A stretch of DNA of 64,000 bases from positions 397,378 to 461,377 of the forward strand of contig CAVUAA010000002.1 in the NCBI GenBank assembly GCA_963739345.1, given 5' to 3'. This document shows, piece by piece, positions 39,054 to 49,207 of this stretch. The notes under the pieces were generated by a model. It was not told the DNA's origin. It worked only from the letters and a program-made list of their open reading frames with translations, and made no database searches. How positions within the stretch are numbered: the first letter of the stretch is position 1; each line of letters starts with the position of its first letter. This stretch comes from an uncultured Verrucomicrobiae bacterium. Lineage in GTDB: Bacteria > Chlamydiota > Chlamydiia > Chlamydiales > JAFEGQ01. Both the position numbers and the translations under genes were made by a program.

Positions 39054-40373
39054 ATGTACAACCGAAAAGAGACCATCGCTGCGATCTGCACGCCGCCAGG
39101 AGACGGGGGCGTTGCCATCATCCGCCTCTCAGGGCCGGCGGCGACTCAAATTGCTAATAAAATCTTTTCTGGAGATGTCGCCTCCTACAAGAGTCACACG
39201 GTCACCTACGGCCGGATGGTGGTGGGGGAGGAGACGATCGATGATGGCCTCTGTCTTGTGATGCGGGATGAGCGCTCCTACACGGGAGAAGAGGTAATCG
39301 AGCTGCAGTGTCACGGCGGCGGGCTGGTGAGCCGGCGAGTGCTGGAGGCTGCGCTGGCAGCCGGCGCACGCGCAGCGCTACCGGGCGAGTTTACCTTCCG
39401 CGCTTTCATGAATGGGAAGCTTGACTTAGCGCAAGCGGAGGCGGTGCAGGAGGTGATTGGGGCGACGAGCGAGCGGGCGGTCGATGCAGCAGCTGATCAA
39501 TTGCAAGGAAGACTCTCGCGTAAGATCAGCGCGTTTCAGAAGGAGCTTACTGAAGTTGCCGCGATTCTCGAGGCGTGGGTTGACTTCCCCGAAGAGGGAA
39601 TTGAGTTTGCGACGCTCGAAGAGCTGCTCACCCGACTAAGTGGCGCGCGGGAAAGGATGCAGAAGCTCCTAGACACCTTCCACGATGGGCGGGTGTTGAG
39701 TGAGGGAATTGCCCTCTGTCTCGTCGGCGCGCCGAACGTGGGCAAGTCTTCTCTGATGAACGCGCTGCTCGAAAAAGAGCGGGCGATTGTCACTCACATT
39801 GCGGGGACGACGCGCGACCTGCTCGAAGATCGGATGCGGCTTAACGGGTTGCCGGTCCGGCTGATTGATACGGCGGGGATCCGGGAGACGACCGAGGTGA
39901 TTGAGCAGGAGGGGATTCGCCGCTCCCGTCAGGCGATGGAGGAGGCCGACCTCGTCTTGCATGTCCGCGACGCCACCCGCCCCGATGAGGACACCGAGAT
40001 TGTCGTAAGTAACACCCTTGTCATCTGGAACAAGATCGATTTGGTCGACGAGGTGCCAGAGGGGATCGCGGTCTCTGCAAAGAATCGAACGGGACTTGAT
40101 GCCTTGCGAGAAAAAATCGACGCGGTGATTTGGGAAAATGGTCCCCCCGCCCGAGATCAGGTGTTGATCACAAGTGTCCGCCACAAAGAGGCGCTAGCCG
40201 CTGCCATCGCTGCCTGCGACAAGACAATCGAGGGCTTAAGGAGTGAGATCTCCCCTGAGTTTCTTTGTCTTGATCTGCGCGAGGCGCTGCAACAACTGGG
40301 AAAAATCATCGGAGCTGATGTGACAGAGGACATTCTCTCCGCCATCTTCTCTAAATTTTGTATTGGAAAATGA
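39054..40373 (+). CDS. mnmE: tRNA modification GTPase MnmE
   Basis: GAPNVGKSS, GTTRD, DTAG, NKID, FCIGK. Confidence 0.97.
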   Translation: MYNRKETIAAICTPPGDGGVAIIRLSGPAATQIANKIFSGDVASYKSHTVTYGRMVVGEETIDDGLCLVMRDERSYTGEEVIELQCHGGGLVSRRVLEAALAAGARAALPGEFTFRAFMNGKLDLAQAEAVQEVIGATSERAVDAAADQLQGRLSRKISAFQKELTEVAAILEAWVDFPEEGIEFATLEELLTRLSGARERMQKLLDTFHDGRVLSEGIALCLVGAPNVGKSSLMNALLEKERAIVTHIAGTTRDLLEDRMRLNGLPVRLIDTAGIRETTEVIEQEGIRRSRQAMEEADLVLHVRDATRPDEDTEIVVSNTLVIWNKIDLVDEVPEGIAVSAKNRTGLDALREKIDAVIWENGPPARDQVLITSVRHKEALAAAIAACDKTIEGLRSEISPEFLCLDLREALQQLGKIIGADVTEDILSAIFSKFCIGK

Positions 40374-40972
40374 AGCCAGAAGAGATCCAAAAAATCCTCG
40401 ATGAGCTCTATCCCGATCCACCCATTCCGCTCCAGCACGATGATGAGTACACCTTGTTAATTGCCGTCCTCCTCTCGGCGCAGTGCACGGATGCGCGGGT
40501 GAATCTGGTCACGCCCGCTCTTTTCGCCCGTGCACGGACGCCTGAAGAGATGATCAAACTCGATCCGAAAGAGATCGAGGAGATCATCCGCACCTGCGGT
40601 CTCGCCCCCTCGAAGAGTCGCGCGATTCACGAGCTCTCCCGCCTCATCCTTGAGCGGCACGGTGGCCATGTTCCCGATTCTTTTGCCGCCCTCGAAGCAC
40701 TCCCCGGTGTAGGCCATAAGACAGCTTCGGTCGTCATGTCACAAGCGTTTGGCCAGCCCGCCTTTCCGGTCGACACTCATATTCATCGATGTGCCAAGCG
40801 GTGGGGTTTGTCCTCTGGAAAAAATGTGGTGCAGACCGAGCGCGACCTGAAGCGGGCTTTTCCCAAAGCCTCGTGGAACAAGCTTCATCTCCAAATCATC
40901 TATTTCGCTAGGGAATATTGTCCTGCACGCGCCCATGACCTAAGTCACTGTCCTATATGCGCTTGCACATGA
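40370..40972 (+). CDS. nth: Endonuclease III
   Basis: LLSAQCTD, LPGVGHKTA HhH, VDTH, C-terminal Cys cluster. Confidence 0.96.
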   Translation: MKPEEIQKILDELYPDPPIPLQHDDEYTLLIAVLLSAQCTDARVNLVTPALFARARTPEEMIKLDPKEIEEIIRTCGLAPSKSRAIHELSRLILERHGGHVPDSFAALEALPGVGHKTASVVMSQAFGQPAFPVDTHIHRCAKRWGLSSGKNVVQTERDLKRAFPKASWNKLHLQIIYFAREYCPARAHDLSHCPICACT

Positions 40973-41035
40973 CCATTATTCACGCCATGGCAAAATGGTC
41001 TTGACCATTTTGCCATGGCGTGAATAATGGTCATG
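40968..41035. repeat. Perfect 33-bp inverted repeat with 2-nt loop upstream of ATPase D
   Basis: CATGACCATTATTCACGCCATGGCAAAATGGTC-TT-exact reverse complement. Confidence 0.95.
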
Positions 41036-41045
41036 GGAGGGCGAG

Positions 41046-42257
41046 ATGAAAAGATTCTATTTAAAGGTGATCAAAGAGCATTTTCAGGAAAATCGGCAGA
41101 TGCTGTTTCTGATGGGCCCGAGACAGGTGGGAAAGACAACCCTGGCCGAGCTGCTGATCGAAGGGGATGGGCCCTCCTTCTATTTCAACTACGATCGCGA
41201 AATCGATCGGATGCTCATCTTGGAAGGATCCAATGCGATCGCTGAGCGAGCGGGGTTGCTCGGAGCCGTTGAGATTCCTCCTCTCGTTGTGTTCGATGAG
41301 CTACACAAGCGTCGCCTGTGGACTATATTCCTCAAAGGGCTGTTCGATTCCTACCCAAACAAGCTCCACATTCTTGTGATGGGGAGCGCCCGTCTCAATG
41401 TCTATCAGCGGGGCGGAGATAGCATGATGGGGCGCTACTTCTACTATAGAATTCATCCTCTATCGGTGGGGGAGTTGGTCGATTCAGAAACGATTCCGGA
41501 GTCCTATCGACCAATGCCAACCCAAATTGATGAGGCGCAGTGGGAGGCGCTGTGGCGCTTTGGGGGTTTCCCTGATCCTTTTCTAAAGGCTGATTCTCGT
41601 TTCTATAACCGTTGGAAGCGGATGCGAGCGCAGCAGATCTTCCAAGAAGATCTGCGAGACATTAGTCGAGTTGAGCACATCAGCCAGATTGAGCACTTGG
41701 CTGAGCTTATACGGCAGCAAGTGGGACAGGGGACCAGCTATACCAGCCTGTCGCGACAAATTTTGGCAGCGATCGGAAGTGTGAGGCGGTGGCTCAACCT
41801 CCTCACCTCAATCTACTATTGCTTTCCAGTCCGTCCGTGGTCAAAAAATCTGGCCCGATCTCTTAGGAAGGAGCCCAAGTACTACTTGTGGGACTGGTCG
41901 CTCTGTGATGACGAAGGGGCGCGAGCCGAAAACATGGTTGCCTCTCATCTCTATAAAACCGTTCACTTTTGGACTGACCACGGAATGGGCCAGTTCGAGC
42001 TCTACTACCTTCGCGACAAGGAAAAGCGTGAGGTCGACTTCTTAGTTGCTAAGGACGGCGAACCATGGATGTTGGTTGAGGTGAAGCGGAGCAATAGCCG
42101 CAGCATATCGCCAGCGCTCAAGTATTATGCTGAGCGACTTCCCGCGAAACATGTCTTTCAGGTGGTCTTCGACCTGCCATACGTCGACGTCGATTGTTTC
42201 AGTTATGATCATCCGATCATCGTTCCGGCGCGGACGTTTTTGTCGCAGTTGGTGTGA
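41046..42257 (+). CDS. AAA_14/DUF4143-type ATPase with C-terminal PD-(D/E)XK-like nuclease, gene D
   Basis: GPRQVGKT, VVFDEL, GGFP, PKYYLWD, EVDF...VEVK. Confidence 0.88.
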   Translation: MKRFYLKVIKEHFQENRQMLFLMGPRQVGKTTLAELLIEGDGPSFYFNYDREIDRMLILEGSNAIAERAGLLGAVEIPPLVVFDELHKRRLWTIFLKGLFDSYPNKLHILVMGSARLNVYQRGGDSMMGRYFYYRIHPLSVGELVDSETIPESYRPMPTQIDEAQWEALWRFGGFPDPFLKADSRFYNRWKRMRAQQIFQEDLRDISRVEHISQIEHLAELIRQQVGQGTSYTSLSRQILAAIGSVRRWLNLLTSIYYCFPVRPWSKNLARSLRKEPKYYLWDWSLCDDEGARAENMVASHLYKTVHFWTDHGMGQFELYYLRDKEKREVDFLVAKDGEPWMLVEVKRSNSRSISPALKYYAERLPAKHVFQVVFDLPYVDVDCFSYDHPIIVPARTFLSQLV

Positions 42258-42304
42258 CCATTCTGACACGGGGTGAAATATAGTCATATGCAAGTGATTG
42301 AGGG

Positions 42305-42811
42305 TTAGTCTTTGAGACCGGTCACTTGGCCTTGCACTTCGGCGCGATCAGTTTTTTTCAGGATGCCGTTGCCGGAGAGAAATTTGACGTTGCCCTTGAT
42401 GAGGGCGGCGCCGGAGAGGAGGAGGGTTTGCTCCTCTTTGGGGTTGGAGGTGGGTTGGATGATGAGGTCTCCTTTGATGACGCCGCCGTCGAGTTCAACG
42501 TAGTTGGAGGTGACGGTGACGTTCCGCTCGAAGGTGGAGTGAGCGGCGAGGAGGGATCCGGTGAGAGTGGAGTTGCGGAGGATGCGGCAGGTCGCCAGGT
42601 GGGTGGCGCCGGTCCACTTGATGGAGCCGAAGGTGCATTCGCTGGCAGAGAGAGAGCCGCTGCCGGTCAGGTTGCCTGGGATGTTGACGCTCTTGAGGGT
42701 GAGTATTCCTGAGTGCTCGAGGGAGTCGACGGTGGTGTTGGTGAGGGTTTTCATCCCCGTGGAGGCGCTGAGGGAGATGGTGAAGAGCAATAGGAAGAGA
42801 ATTTTTTTCAT
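42305..42811 (-). CDS. Secreted beta-helix/bactofilin-like hypothetical protein
   Basis: Signal peptide; repeated short beta motifs (IKGDL, IKGNV, VQGQV). Confidence 0.6.
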   Translation of the reverse strand: MKKILFLLLFTISLSASTGMKTLTNTTVDSLEHSGILTLKSVNIPGNLTGSGSLSASECTFGSIKWTGATHLATCRILRNSTLTGSLLAAHSTFERNVTVTSNYVELDGGVIKGDLIIQPTSNPKEEQTLLLSGAALIKGNVKFLSGNGILKKTDRAEVQGQVTGLKD

Positions 42812-43380
42812 AGGACTTTGAGTGCCTTTGTGATGAGGGTAGAGAGGTCGAGGTCGTTGGTTTCCTTGAGCACTTTTTGGACAGCGGTTTGCGCTTTGAC
42901 TTGGGAGTAGCCGAGGTTGAGGAGGGCGCCCATGGCGTCGCGGACGGTGGGAGCGAGGTCGGAAGGACGTTCGGTGAGGGTGGGGAGCTTGTCGCGCAGT
43001 TCGATGATGAGCCGCTCGGCGGTTTTTTTCCCGATGCCGGGCGCCTTGGTAATGAGGGCGGGGTTGTTGTGAGCGACAGCCTCTTGGAGGGCGCGGGGGG
43101 AGAGATGGCCGAGGAGGCCGAGGGCGGTCTTTGGACCAACGCCGGAGACGGCGCAGAGGGTTTCAAAGAGGTCGCGATCGGAGGTGGTGAGAAAGCCGTA
43201 GAGCGATTGCTCGGTCTCCCGGACAATGAGGGTGGTGTGGAGGAGGACCTCTTCGCCAGGAGGGGGGAGTTGGGAGGAGGCGCTAAGGGGGATGTTGAGT
43301 TTGTATCCCACGCCGCCGGCGTCGATGATGGCGTGGAGGGGGCCGGAGGAGGCGAGAGTGCCGCGGATAAATGCGTACAT
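42808..43380 (-). CDS. ruvA: Holliday junction branch migration protein RuvA
   Basis: GVGY, LYGF, VSGVGPKTA, PGIGKKTAER motifs. Confidence 0.97.
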   Translation of the reverse strand: MYAFIRGTLASSGPLHAIIDAGGVGYKLNIPLSASSQLPPPGEEVLLHTTLIVRETEQSLYGFLTTSDRDLFETLCAVSGVGPKTALGLLGHLSPRALQEAVAHNNPALITKAPGIGKKTAERLIIELRDKLPTLTERPSDLAPTVRDAMGALLNLGYSQVKAQTAVQKVLKETNDLDLSTLITKALKVL

Positions 43381-43874
43381 TAGACTTGGGTTCCTAAGGT
43401 AAGTTTGGAGGTGGCGGCATGAATATGACAGAGAGCTAGCGCTAGAGCGTCGGCCGCATCTTCTGCGGGAAGTTTGGGGAGGGCGAGAAGTGTTTTGGTC
43501 ATCTGCATCACCTGTTCCTTGCTCGCCCGTCCTGTCCCGGTGACGGCCAGCTTTGCTTTCGAAGGAGCATACTCAAAGACAGGGATATCGTGCAGCGAGC
43601 CGGCCAAAACAGCGCACCCTTGTGTGCGGCCGAGGGTGAGGGCGGTGGAGACGTTGTTCCGGACGTACTGTGTTTCAATCGAGATCGCATCGGGGGAGAA
43701 GCGCTTGATCAGTTCGCAGAGCGATTCGAAGATGAGGCGGCGGCGCTGAGAGGTGAGCGCTTTTCTGGGGGGGCGGATGCAGCCGTAATCGAGAGCGACA
43801 TGTCGCCGTCCATCGAGTTTGATGATGCCGTAGCCGGTAACAGCGGTGCCAGGATCAATGCCGAGAACGATCAT
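43380..43874 (-). CDS. ruvC: Holliday junction resolvase RuvC
   Basis: VLGIDPG, TGYG, ASKEQV, DAADALA motifs. Confidence 0.97.
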   Translation of the reverse strand: MIVLGIDPGTAVTGYGIIKLDGRRHVALDYGCIRPPRKALTSQRRRLIFESLCELIKRFSPDAISIETQYVRNNVSTALTLGRTQGCAVLAGSLHDIPVFEYAPSKAKLAVTGTGRASKEQVMQMTKTLLALPKLPAEDAADALALALCHIHAATSKLTLGTQV

Positions 43875-44635
43875 ATGTCCCCAATCGAACGGAGACGTTT
43901 CACGAGGTCGGCCATCTCTTCATATTGCTGCTGTAAGTCGCGGTAGTGGGAGGCTTGACTCTCGAGCCCGGTGAGGCGGGTTTGAAGATCGCTCAGCTTC
44001 TCTTCGGCCCACTTGCACCGTTTAGCTAGAGCGTCCCGATCCGCAGCAACCGCTTGTACCTCTTCAAGAGCGGCGCGGAGCATGGTCGTCTGCTTCATCT
44101 GAGAGCCTAGTTCGACCTGCGCCTGTTCGAGCCGCTGCTCAGCGCGGGCGTTCGCTTCGCGTAAGTCTTCTGCGTGGTCGAGGAGGTGGCGAAGGGAGAA
44201 GGCGTGCTTTTCTAGCGTGCGAACTCGGGAAAGGGTGCGGAGGTAGCGGAGCTCTGCCGCGCCGCCAGCCGCCTCTTGCGTTTTGTCGCGAGCGGCCAGT
44301 TTTTGCTGCATCTCCGCCCCATAGGAGCGCGCTTGCTGAAGTTTTTCTTTGCTCTCGCGGATTTCTATTCGGAGTGAGGCGTGGATCTCTTGTCCCTTGA
44401 AGAGCGCCTCGCGGACCGATTCGAAATCGGCCAGACGCTTCTCAGCCTGTGAGACTTGAGTCTGCATGGCGTCCACTTCAGGGAGGCGCGACTTCATTTC
44501 CGCGATCAGATTGCGGAGGCGGCGGGGAGTCGCCTTTTGTCTGCCCTCTTGAACTTTTTTGGTCAGCTCCTTTACTCTCTTTCTCTCAAGAGCGAGGAGG
44601 CGGAGCAGCTTCTCGGTGGCGACGTCAACTTTCAT
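43871..44635 (-). CDS. Coiled-coil hypothetical protein
   Basis: Heptad-rich; overlaps ruvC start; start reassigned to MKVDV. Confidence 0.7.
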   Translation of the reverse strand: MKVDVATEKLLRLLALERKRVKELTKKVQEGRQKATPRRLRNLIAEMKSRLPEVDAMQTQVSQAEKRLADFESVREALFKGQEIHASLRIEIRESKEKLQQARSYGAEMQQKLAARDKTQEAAGGAAELRYLRTLSRVRTLEKHAFSLRHLLDHAEDLREANARAEQRLEQAQVELGSQMKQTTMLRAALEEVQAVAADRDALAKRCKWAEEKLSDLQTRLTGLESQASHYRDLQQQYEEMADLVKRLRSIGDI

Positions 44636-44653
44636 CAACCCTAAGAGATACCT

Positions 44654-45703
44654 TTGAGAGGAGTAAAGCTCAAGCAGGAGCCTAAGCGGATCATTATTCG
44701 GATGCCCAACTGGATTGGGGATCTCGTGATGGCGACGCCGGTATTGACTGATTTGCGCAGGCGTTTTCCGCATGCGGAGATCACGGCGATGTGCACGGCG
44801 TCGCTGGCGCCGCTTCTCGAACACGACCCCGATATCGATCAACTCTTTGCCTTCACGAGGCCGAGCGGTTGGTTGGTGCGTGATGAGCGGCGCGACCTGA
44901 TCGAGAAGATCCGTGCTGGGGATTACGATTTAGGGGTCCTCCTCACCAATAGTTTTTCGTCCGCGTGGTGGTTTTGGCGTGGGCAGGTCAGCCGACGGAT
45001 AGGATTTCGATACGACAACCGGCGCGCTCTCCTCAGCCGGGCGATGCCATTTCCAGAAAATGTCCAGTCGCAGCATCTCGTCCGCACCTATAAGCAGCTG
45101 CTCGAGCCGCTGGGCATTGCGGTCTCCAAAACGACGCCCCGGTTGCACCTCCTTCCTGAAGAGCTAGAGGCGGCCGAGCATCAGCTTCGCAAGATGGGCG
45201 TGCCCAAAGGGCGGAAGCTGATCGGCGTCAATCCGGGAGCAGCCTACGGCTCGGCCAAGTGTTGGCTCCCCGAGTCGTTCCATGAGGTGACCGAGAAGCT
45301 CCTCGAAGACCCCGACGTCTACGTGGTCTACTTTGGCGATCTGAATGGCACTCCGCTGGTGAAGCAGATCTGCAGCGGGTTGCCTGAGCGGGTGATCAAT
45401 CTGGCCGGCGCCACCTCTCTTCGTGAGCTGGTCGCCCACATTCAGCTCTGCGATGTCTTTCTCACCAATGACAGCGGGCCGATGCATGTCGCTGCCGCTG
45501 TGAAGACGCCATTAGTCGCCCTCTTTGGTTCAACCAGCGACATCAAAACTGGCCCCTACGGCTCTGGCACCGTCATCCACAAGCATGTCGAGTGCTCCCC
45601 CTGCTATCTGCGGGAGTGTCCCATCGATTTCAAGTGCATGACGCAGATCACTCCCGATGAGGTCTATCGGGAGTTAACAAGTCTATTGAGTAAGTCGGCG
45701 TAG
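44654..45703 (+). CDS. waaF: LPS heptosyltransferase II (GT9)
   Basis: PNWIGDLVM, NPGAAYGSAKCW, NDSGPMHVAAA, CSPC motifs. Confidence 0.88.
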   Translation: MRGVKLKQEPKRIIIRMPNWIGDLVMATPVLTDLRRRFPHAEITAMCTASLAPLLEHDPDIDQLFAFTRPSGWLVRDERRDLIEKIRAGDYDLGVLLTNSFSSAWWFWRGQVSRRIGFRYDNRRALLSRAMPFPENVQSQHLVRTYKQLLEPLGIAVSKTTPRLHLLPEELEAAEHQLRKMGVPKGRKLIGVNPGAAYGSAKCWLPESFHEVTEKLLEDPDVYVVYFGDLNGTPLVKQICSGLPERVINLAGATSLRELVAHIQLCDVFLTNDSGPMHVAAAVKTPLVALFGSTSDIKTGPYGSGTVIHKHVECSPCYLRECPIDFKCMTQITPDEVYRELTSLLSKSA

Positions 45704-46738
45704 GCTTTCCCCCGTTTCTCCCACGAGAATGGAGCGTCCCGTCGTCCCTTCTGGGAGCGGCGCTTGCAATGCCTTTGCAAGCGATGTGGCGCTGCCTAGC
45801 TCGTAGGGGATGACGTGGTCCAGTGAACCCAGGTGAGCCGCTACCACGGGTGAATCGGGCGCAGCGATTGGCCGGCCGAAGTTGGTGTATTCGAGCAGCT
45901 TGGTGTGCGCGACGTCTGGTTTGTGTTCGATGTTGCGCGACGGCATCACAAAGAGGTCAACGCCGGCAAGAAGTTTGGGCAGCTCACTTGGCGGCATAAA
46001 GCCGTGAAAGACCACCCGATTGGCCACGCCCGCCTTAACAGCGCGCTGTCTCACCCGCTCGACATCTTGTTCATTTCCCCCGACGATTTCGAGTCGCACA
46101 TTTTTGGCATGTGCCAGTGCATCGATGATCAGCTCCACTCCCTGCTTGTGGTAGAGCTGTCCCACGTAGGCAGCCACCCGCTCTCCACTCTCAGCCTTGA
46201 CTGGGAGTGGCTTCGCACTCACCGCCAGCGGCACCACCTCAATCGGCACCTCTAGGTTGTAGGGGGGGCGACGCAAAATTTCGGCTAAAGCAGCCGTCGT
46301 CGTCACCACCAGATCAGCCGCGGCTAGCATCTTCCGCTCGGCCGGCACTTCGTGCGGTTTTCCCAGCTCGTGCAGCTCGAACACGTACTTGATTCCCATG
46401 ATCTTCCGACCAAAGTGATAGATGCCCTGCTTGCGCACGCTGGTGATCACCACCTCGGGCCGCTCACGAGCAATGAGTCGCTGGCAGGCGCCAAAGAAGA
46501 CAAAGTTCCACGACAGATTGAGTGTATTATTGCGCCTTAAAATGGGCAGCTGAGCCATTTCGGGCAGCTTCGCTACCGGATAGTGTTCGAGCATTTCCTC
46601 CTCATCGAGGCTCCCCATCCCCACCGCCAGCTCGACGTCGAGCCCAGCTTCTGCGAGGGCGGCGCAGTTCGACACCACGTAGACATCGTGTGCTCTGCCG
46701 GTGGGCAAGATCTCATTGTAGGGGTAGAAAACACGCAT
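45683..46738 (-). CDS. Glycosyltransferase family 4; C-terminus probably frameshifted
   Basis: YVGQL..KQG, LFVMPS, KLLEY; FSWEKR appears in another frame near the end. Confidence 0.8.
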   Translation of the reverse strand: MRVFYPYNEILPTGRAHDVYVVSNCAALAEAGLDVELAVGMGSLDEEEMLEHYPVAKLPEMAQLPILRRNNTLNLSWNFVFFGACQRLIARERPEVVITSVRKQGIYHFGRKIMGIKYVFELHELGKPHEVPAERKMLAAADLVVTTTAALAEILRRPPYNLEVPIEVVPLAVSAKPLPVKAESGERVAAYVGQLYHKQGVELIIDALAHAKNVRLEIVGGNEQDVERVRQRAVKAGVANRVVFHGFMPPSELPKLLAGVDLFVMPSRNIEHKPDVAHTKLLEYTNFGRPIAAPDSPVVAAHLGSLDHVIPYELGSATSLAKALQAPLPEGTTGRSILVGETGESLRRLTQ

Positions 46739-46756
46739 GCAAAAAGTCTACCATCC

Positions 46757-47440
46757 CTACTCGGGTTTGGGAAGATGGAAGAGAGGATAAACCCACTCAG
46801 GGATCATTCCTATGTAGTATCTGTTATCTAGGGTTATCGATCCGCCGCTGTATACATTTCCCTTCGCCACTAAGGAGTCGCTGTGTAGAAAACTGATCGT
46901 GGCGTTGCACCTCAGATCAATGCGCGTGAGGATGTTCTCGGCTTCAAGACTGAATGTTGCTTTCTTGCTTGTAGACGTAGACTTCCCAATGATCACATTG
47001 CAACCGGGTAGCTTGGCGCTCATTGGTTCGGAGATGGTTGTTAGGAAGGCAAGTCGGGCGACACTGTGGTAGTCCTCTTGGATTGGCGGAGGGGCCTTTA
47101 TTTCCTCGCCCCGGCCGAGCTTCTCTAGTACTTCCTGCTTGGATTTTTCACCGTGTTTCCAGATCGAGACCCCGGCAAATGCAGAGATATCAAAGTGGTC
47201 TTTGTCCAGCTCACAAGGAGTCGAGACAAAGCCGGAAGATTTGAGGCGTAGCACCCCCTTAATCACGGGAGTCCCGAGGAACGTAACGTTGGCCGCTTCG
47301 ATCGTGATCTCGCACTTCTCGTTCATGGAACGGAGTGAGTCTAGAAATAGGCTTTGGCCTGGGAAGCTGAGTGAACAGTTTTTTTCTGAAGTTGTATCAA
47401 TTGTGAAGTAGACTTTCGATACTGGGTTGATTTCTTCCAC
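46757..47440 (-). CDS. Hypothetical protein, paralogue of the neighbouring gene
   Basis: Colinear similarity with 47509-48196 (MEE..SKVYFTIDTT / MEE.GSQVSFELDTT). Confidence 0.7.
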   Translation of the reverse strand: MEEINPVSKVYFTIDTTSEKNCSLSFPGQSLFLDSLRSMNEKCEITIEAANVTFLGTPVIKGVLRLKSSGFVSTPCELDKDHFDISAFAGVSIWKHGEKSKQEVLEKLGRGEEIKAPPPIQEDYHSVARLAFLTTISEPMSAKLPGCNVIIGKSTSTSKKATFSLEAENILTRIDLRCNATISFLHSDSLVAKGNVYSGGSITLDNRYYIGMIPEWVYPLFHLPKPE

Positions 47441-47508
47441 TTTTCTTCCTCCGTGTCGGTAATCTATTCTAACATGGGTGCTCGTTAACTACAAGACGAG
47501 TAAAAAAT

Positions 47509-48196
47509 TTACTTCCAATTGGAAAAGTGGAAGAGCTGGATTACGCCACTTGGAAGAGGGTGGTACAAGGAGTCGGTTGTCGTCGACGGCCAAACGTGGT
47601 TAGAACTTTCCAGTTTCAGACCCTTTTGTAGTTGTACTCCGCTGTTTACCGTCCACGAGTTGGTGGCTGAAAAGGAGCCGTGTTACGTTCTGATTCTCCA
47701 TGATCCAGATGTTTTCTGCATTGAGAGTGAAGGTTGCGTTTTCGTGTGAGGCGGCAGTTTCAGCGACAACCACGTTACATTTGGGGAGTGTAAGGGAGAT
47801 GGGGTTGTCGTAGTCAGTGATGAGGCTCACTAGAGCGAGGCTGTGCTGTTTAGCCTCGATTTTCTTGCGAATAGTGTAGTGATCAAGAGCATTAAGATCG
47901 AAATATGTGTCGTCCTTTTTCCATATCTTTTTGCCGCCGGTGGCCTCGATTTGGATGTTGAGAGATGACTTTTCTTTCGGCAGGTAGACCATGCCGGTAG
48001 CCAAAATCTTCAGTTGTCCGGTCACCTTGGGGAATTTGCGAAAACGGATGTTCCCTCCCTTGATGATAATCGTGGCCTTTTTGTTGCTCGAGCGCAGTGC
48101 GTGGATGATCACGTTCTGACCGGAGAAGTCGATGGTGTGCTCTCCGCGCATGGTCGTGTCGAGTTCGAACGAGACTTGTGAACCTACTTCTTCCAT
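47509..48196 (-). CDS. Hypothetical protein, paralogue; probable frameshift near 47680
   Basis: LPKCNVVV..ATFTLNAENI matches neighbour; alternate frame ends LPSGVIQLFHFSNWK*, similar to neighbour's end. Confidence 0.6.
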
Positions 48197-48247
48197 TGTT
48201 CCCTCCAAATGATTCGGGTAGTCTAAAGACGACAACGATAGGGATCA

Positions 48248-49207
48248 ATGGCGAACTTCGTTCCAAAAAAAGCTTCTATTTTTTCGGGCTCGCAAGAGCG
48301 TGTGCAGCGGGGTCGTGAGCTGGTGCAGAAGGACAAAGTGGGCTGTCTGTTGCTCGCCGGTGGACAGGGGACGCGGCTCAGATTTGATGGGCCAAAGGGT
48401 TTGTTTCCCATTGGACTGAATGGGGAGACGCTCTTTCAATTGTTTCAGGAAAAAAGAGCGGTGGCGGGAGAGGATCTTCCGTTTGCGATTTTGGTCTCGC
48501 CCGAAAATGAAGGTGCAACGCGGGAGGCGGTGCCAGAAGCTGACATTTGCGTGCAGGGGGTGTTGCCGCTTCTCAATGAGGCGGGTGAGGAGTTTCTAAA
48601 GGGGCCCGGAGAGACGGCGGTGGGGCCTGATGGAAATGGATTGGCGCTCCGCCGCTTTGTCGAGTCGGGCATTTGGGAGAGGTGGCGAGAACAGGGTGTG
48701 GAGTATCTCAATATTGCTCTGGTCGATAATCCGCTGGGTGATCCCTACGACGCCGAGCTGGTAGCGTTTTGTGAGGGGTTGGACATTGCGGTGAAAGCGA
48801 CGAAGCGGCGCCATGCACAGGAGAGAGTGGGGGTGATTGTTGAGGATGGGAGCAAGCTGCGGGTGATTGAGTATTCGGAGTTGGAGGATGGGGGTGATTA
48901 CGAGCTGGCCAACTTAAGCCTCTTCTGCATGACGATGGAGTTTGCGAAGCGGGCGGCCGCGGAGGAGCTGCCGCTTCACCGTGCACACAAGGCAGTGCCG
49001 ATGTGGGATGGGGAGAAGACTGTTTGGCCGAAGGCACCCAACGCTTGGAAGTCGGAGTACTTCATCTTCGATATCCTTCCCTTGGCCGAGCGGGCTGATG
49101 TGATCTGCTATCCGCGGGAGGAGTGCTTCGCTCCTCTTAAGAATGCGGAGGGTGAGGAGAGCCCCGAGACCGTCCGTGCTGCTTTGGCCGCTAGAATAGA
49201 GTGGTGA
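48248..49207 (+). CDS. Eukaryote-type UDP-GlcNAc/UDP-glucose pyrophosphorylase (UDPGP family)
   Basis: LLAGGQGTRL..PKG, PDGNG, VDNPL, EYSE, FAPLKN motifs. Confidence 0.9.
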   Translation: MANFVPKKASIFSGSQERVQRGRELVQKDKVGCLLLAGGQGTRLRFDGPKGLFPIGLNGETLFQLFQEKRAVAGEDLPFAILVSPENEGATREAVPEADICVQGVLPLLNEAGEEFLKGPGETAVGPDGNGLALRRFVESGIWERWREQGVEYLNIALVDNPLGDPYDAELVAFCEGLDIAVKATKRRHAQERVGVIVEDGSKLRVIEYSELEDGGDYELANLSLFCMTMEFAKRAAAEELPLHRAHKAVPMWDGEKTVWPKAPNAWKSEYFIFDILPLAERADVICYPREECFAPLKNAEGEESPETVRAALAARIEW

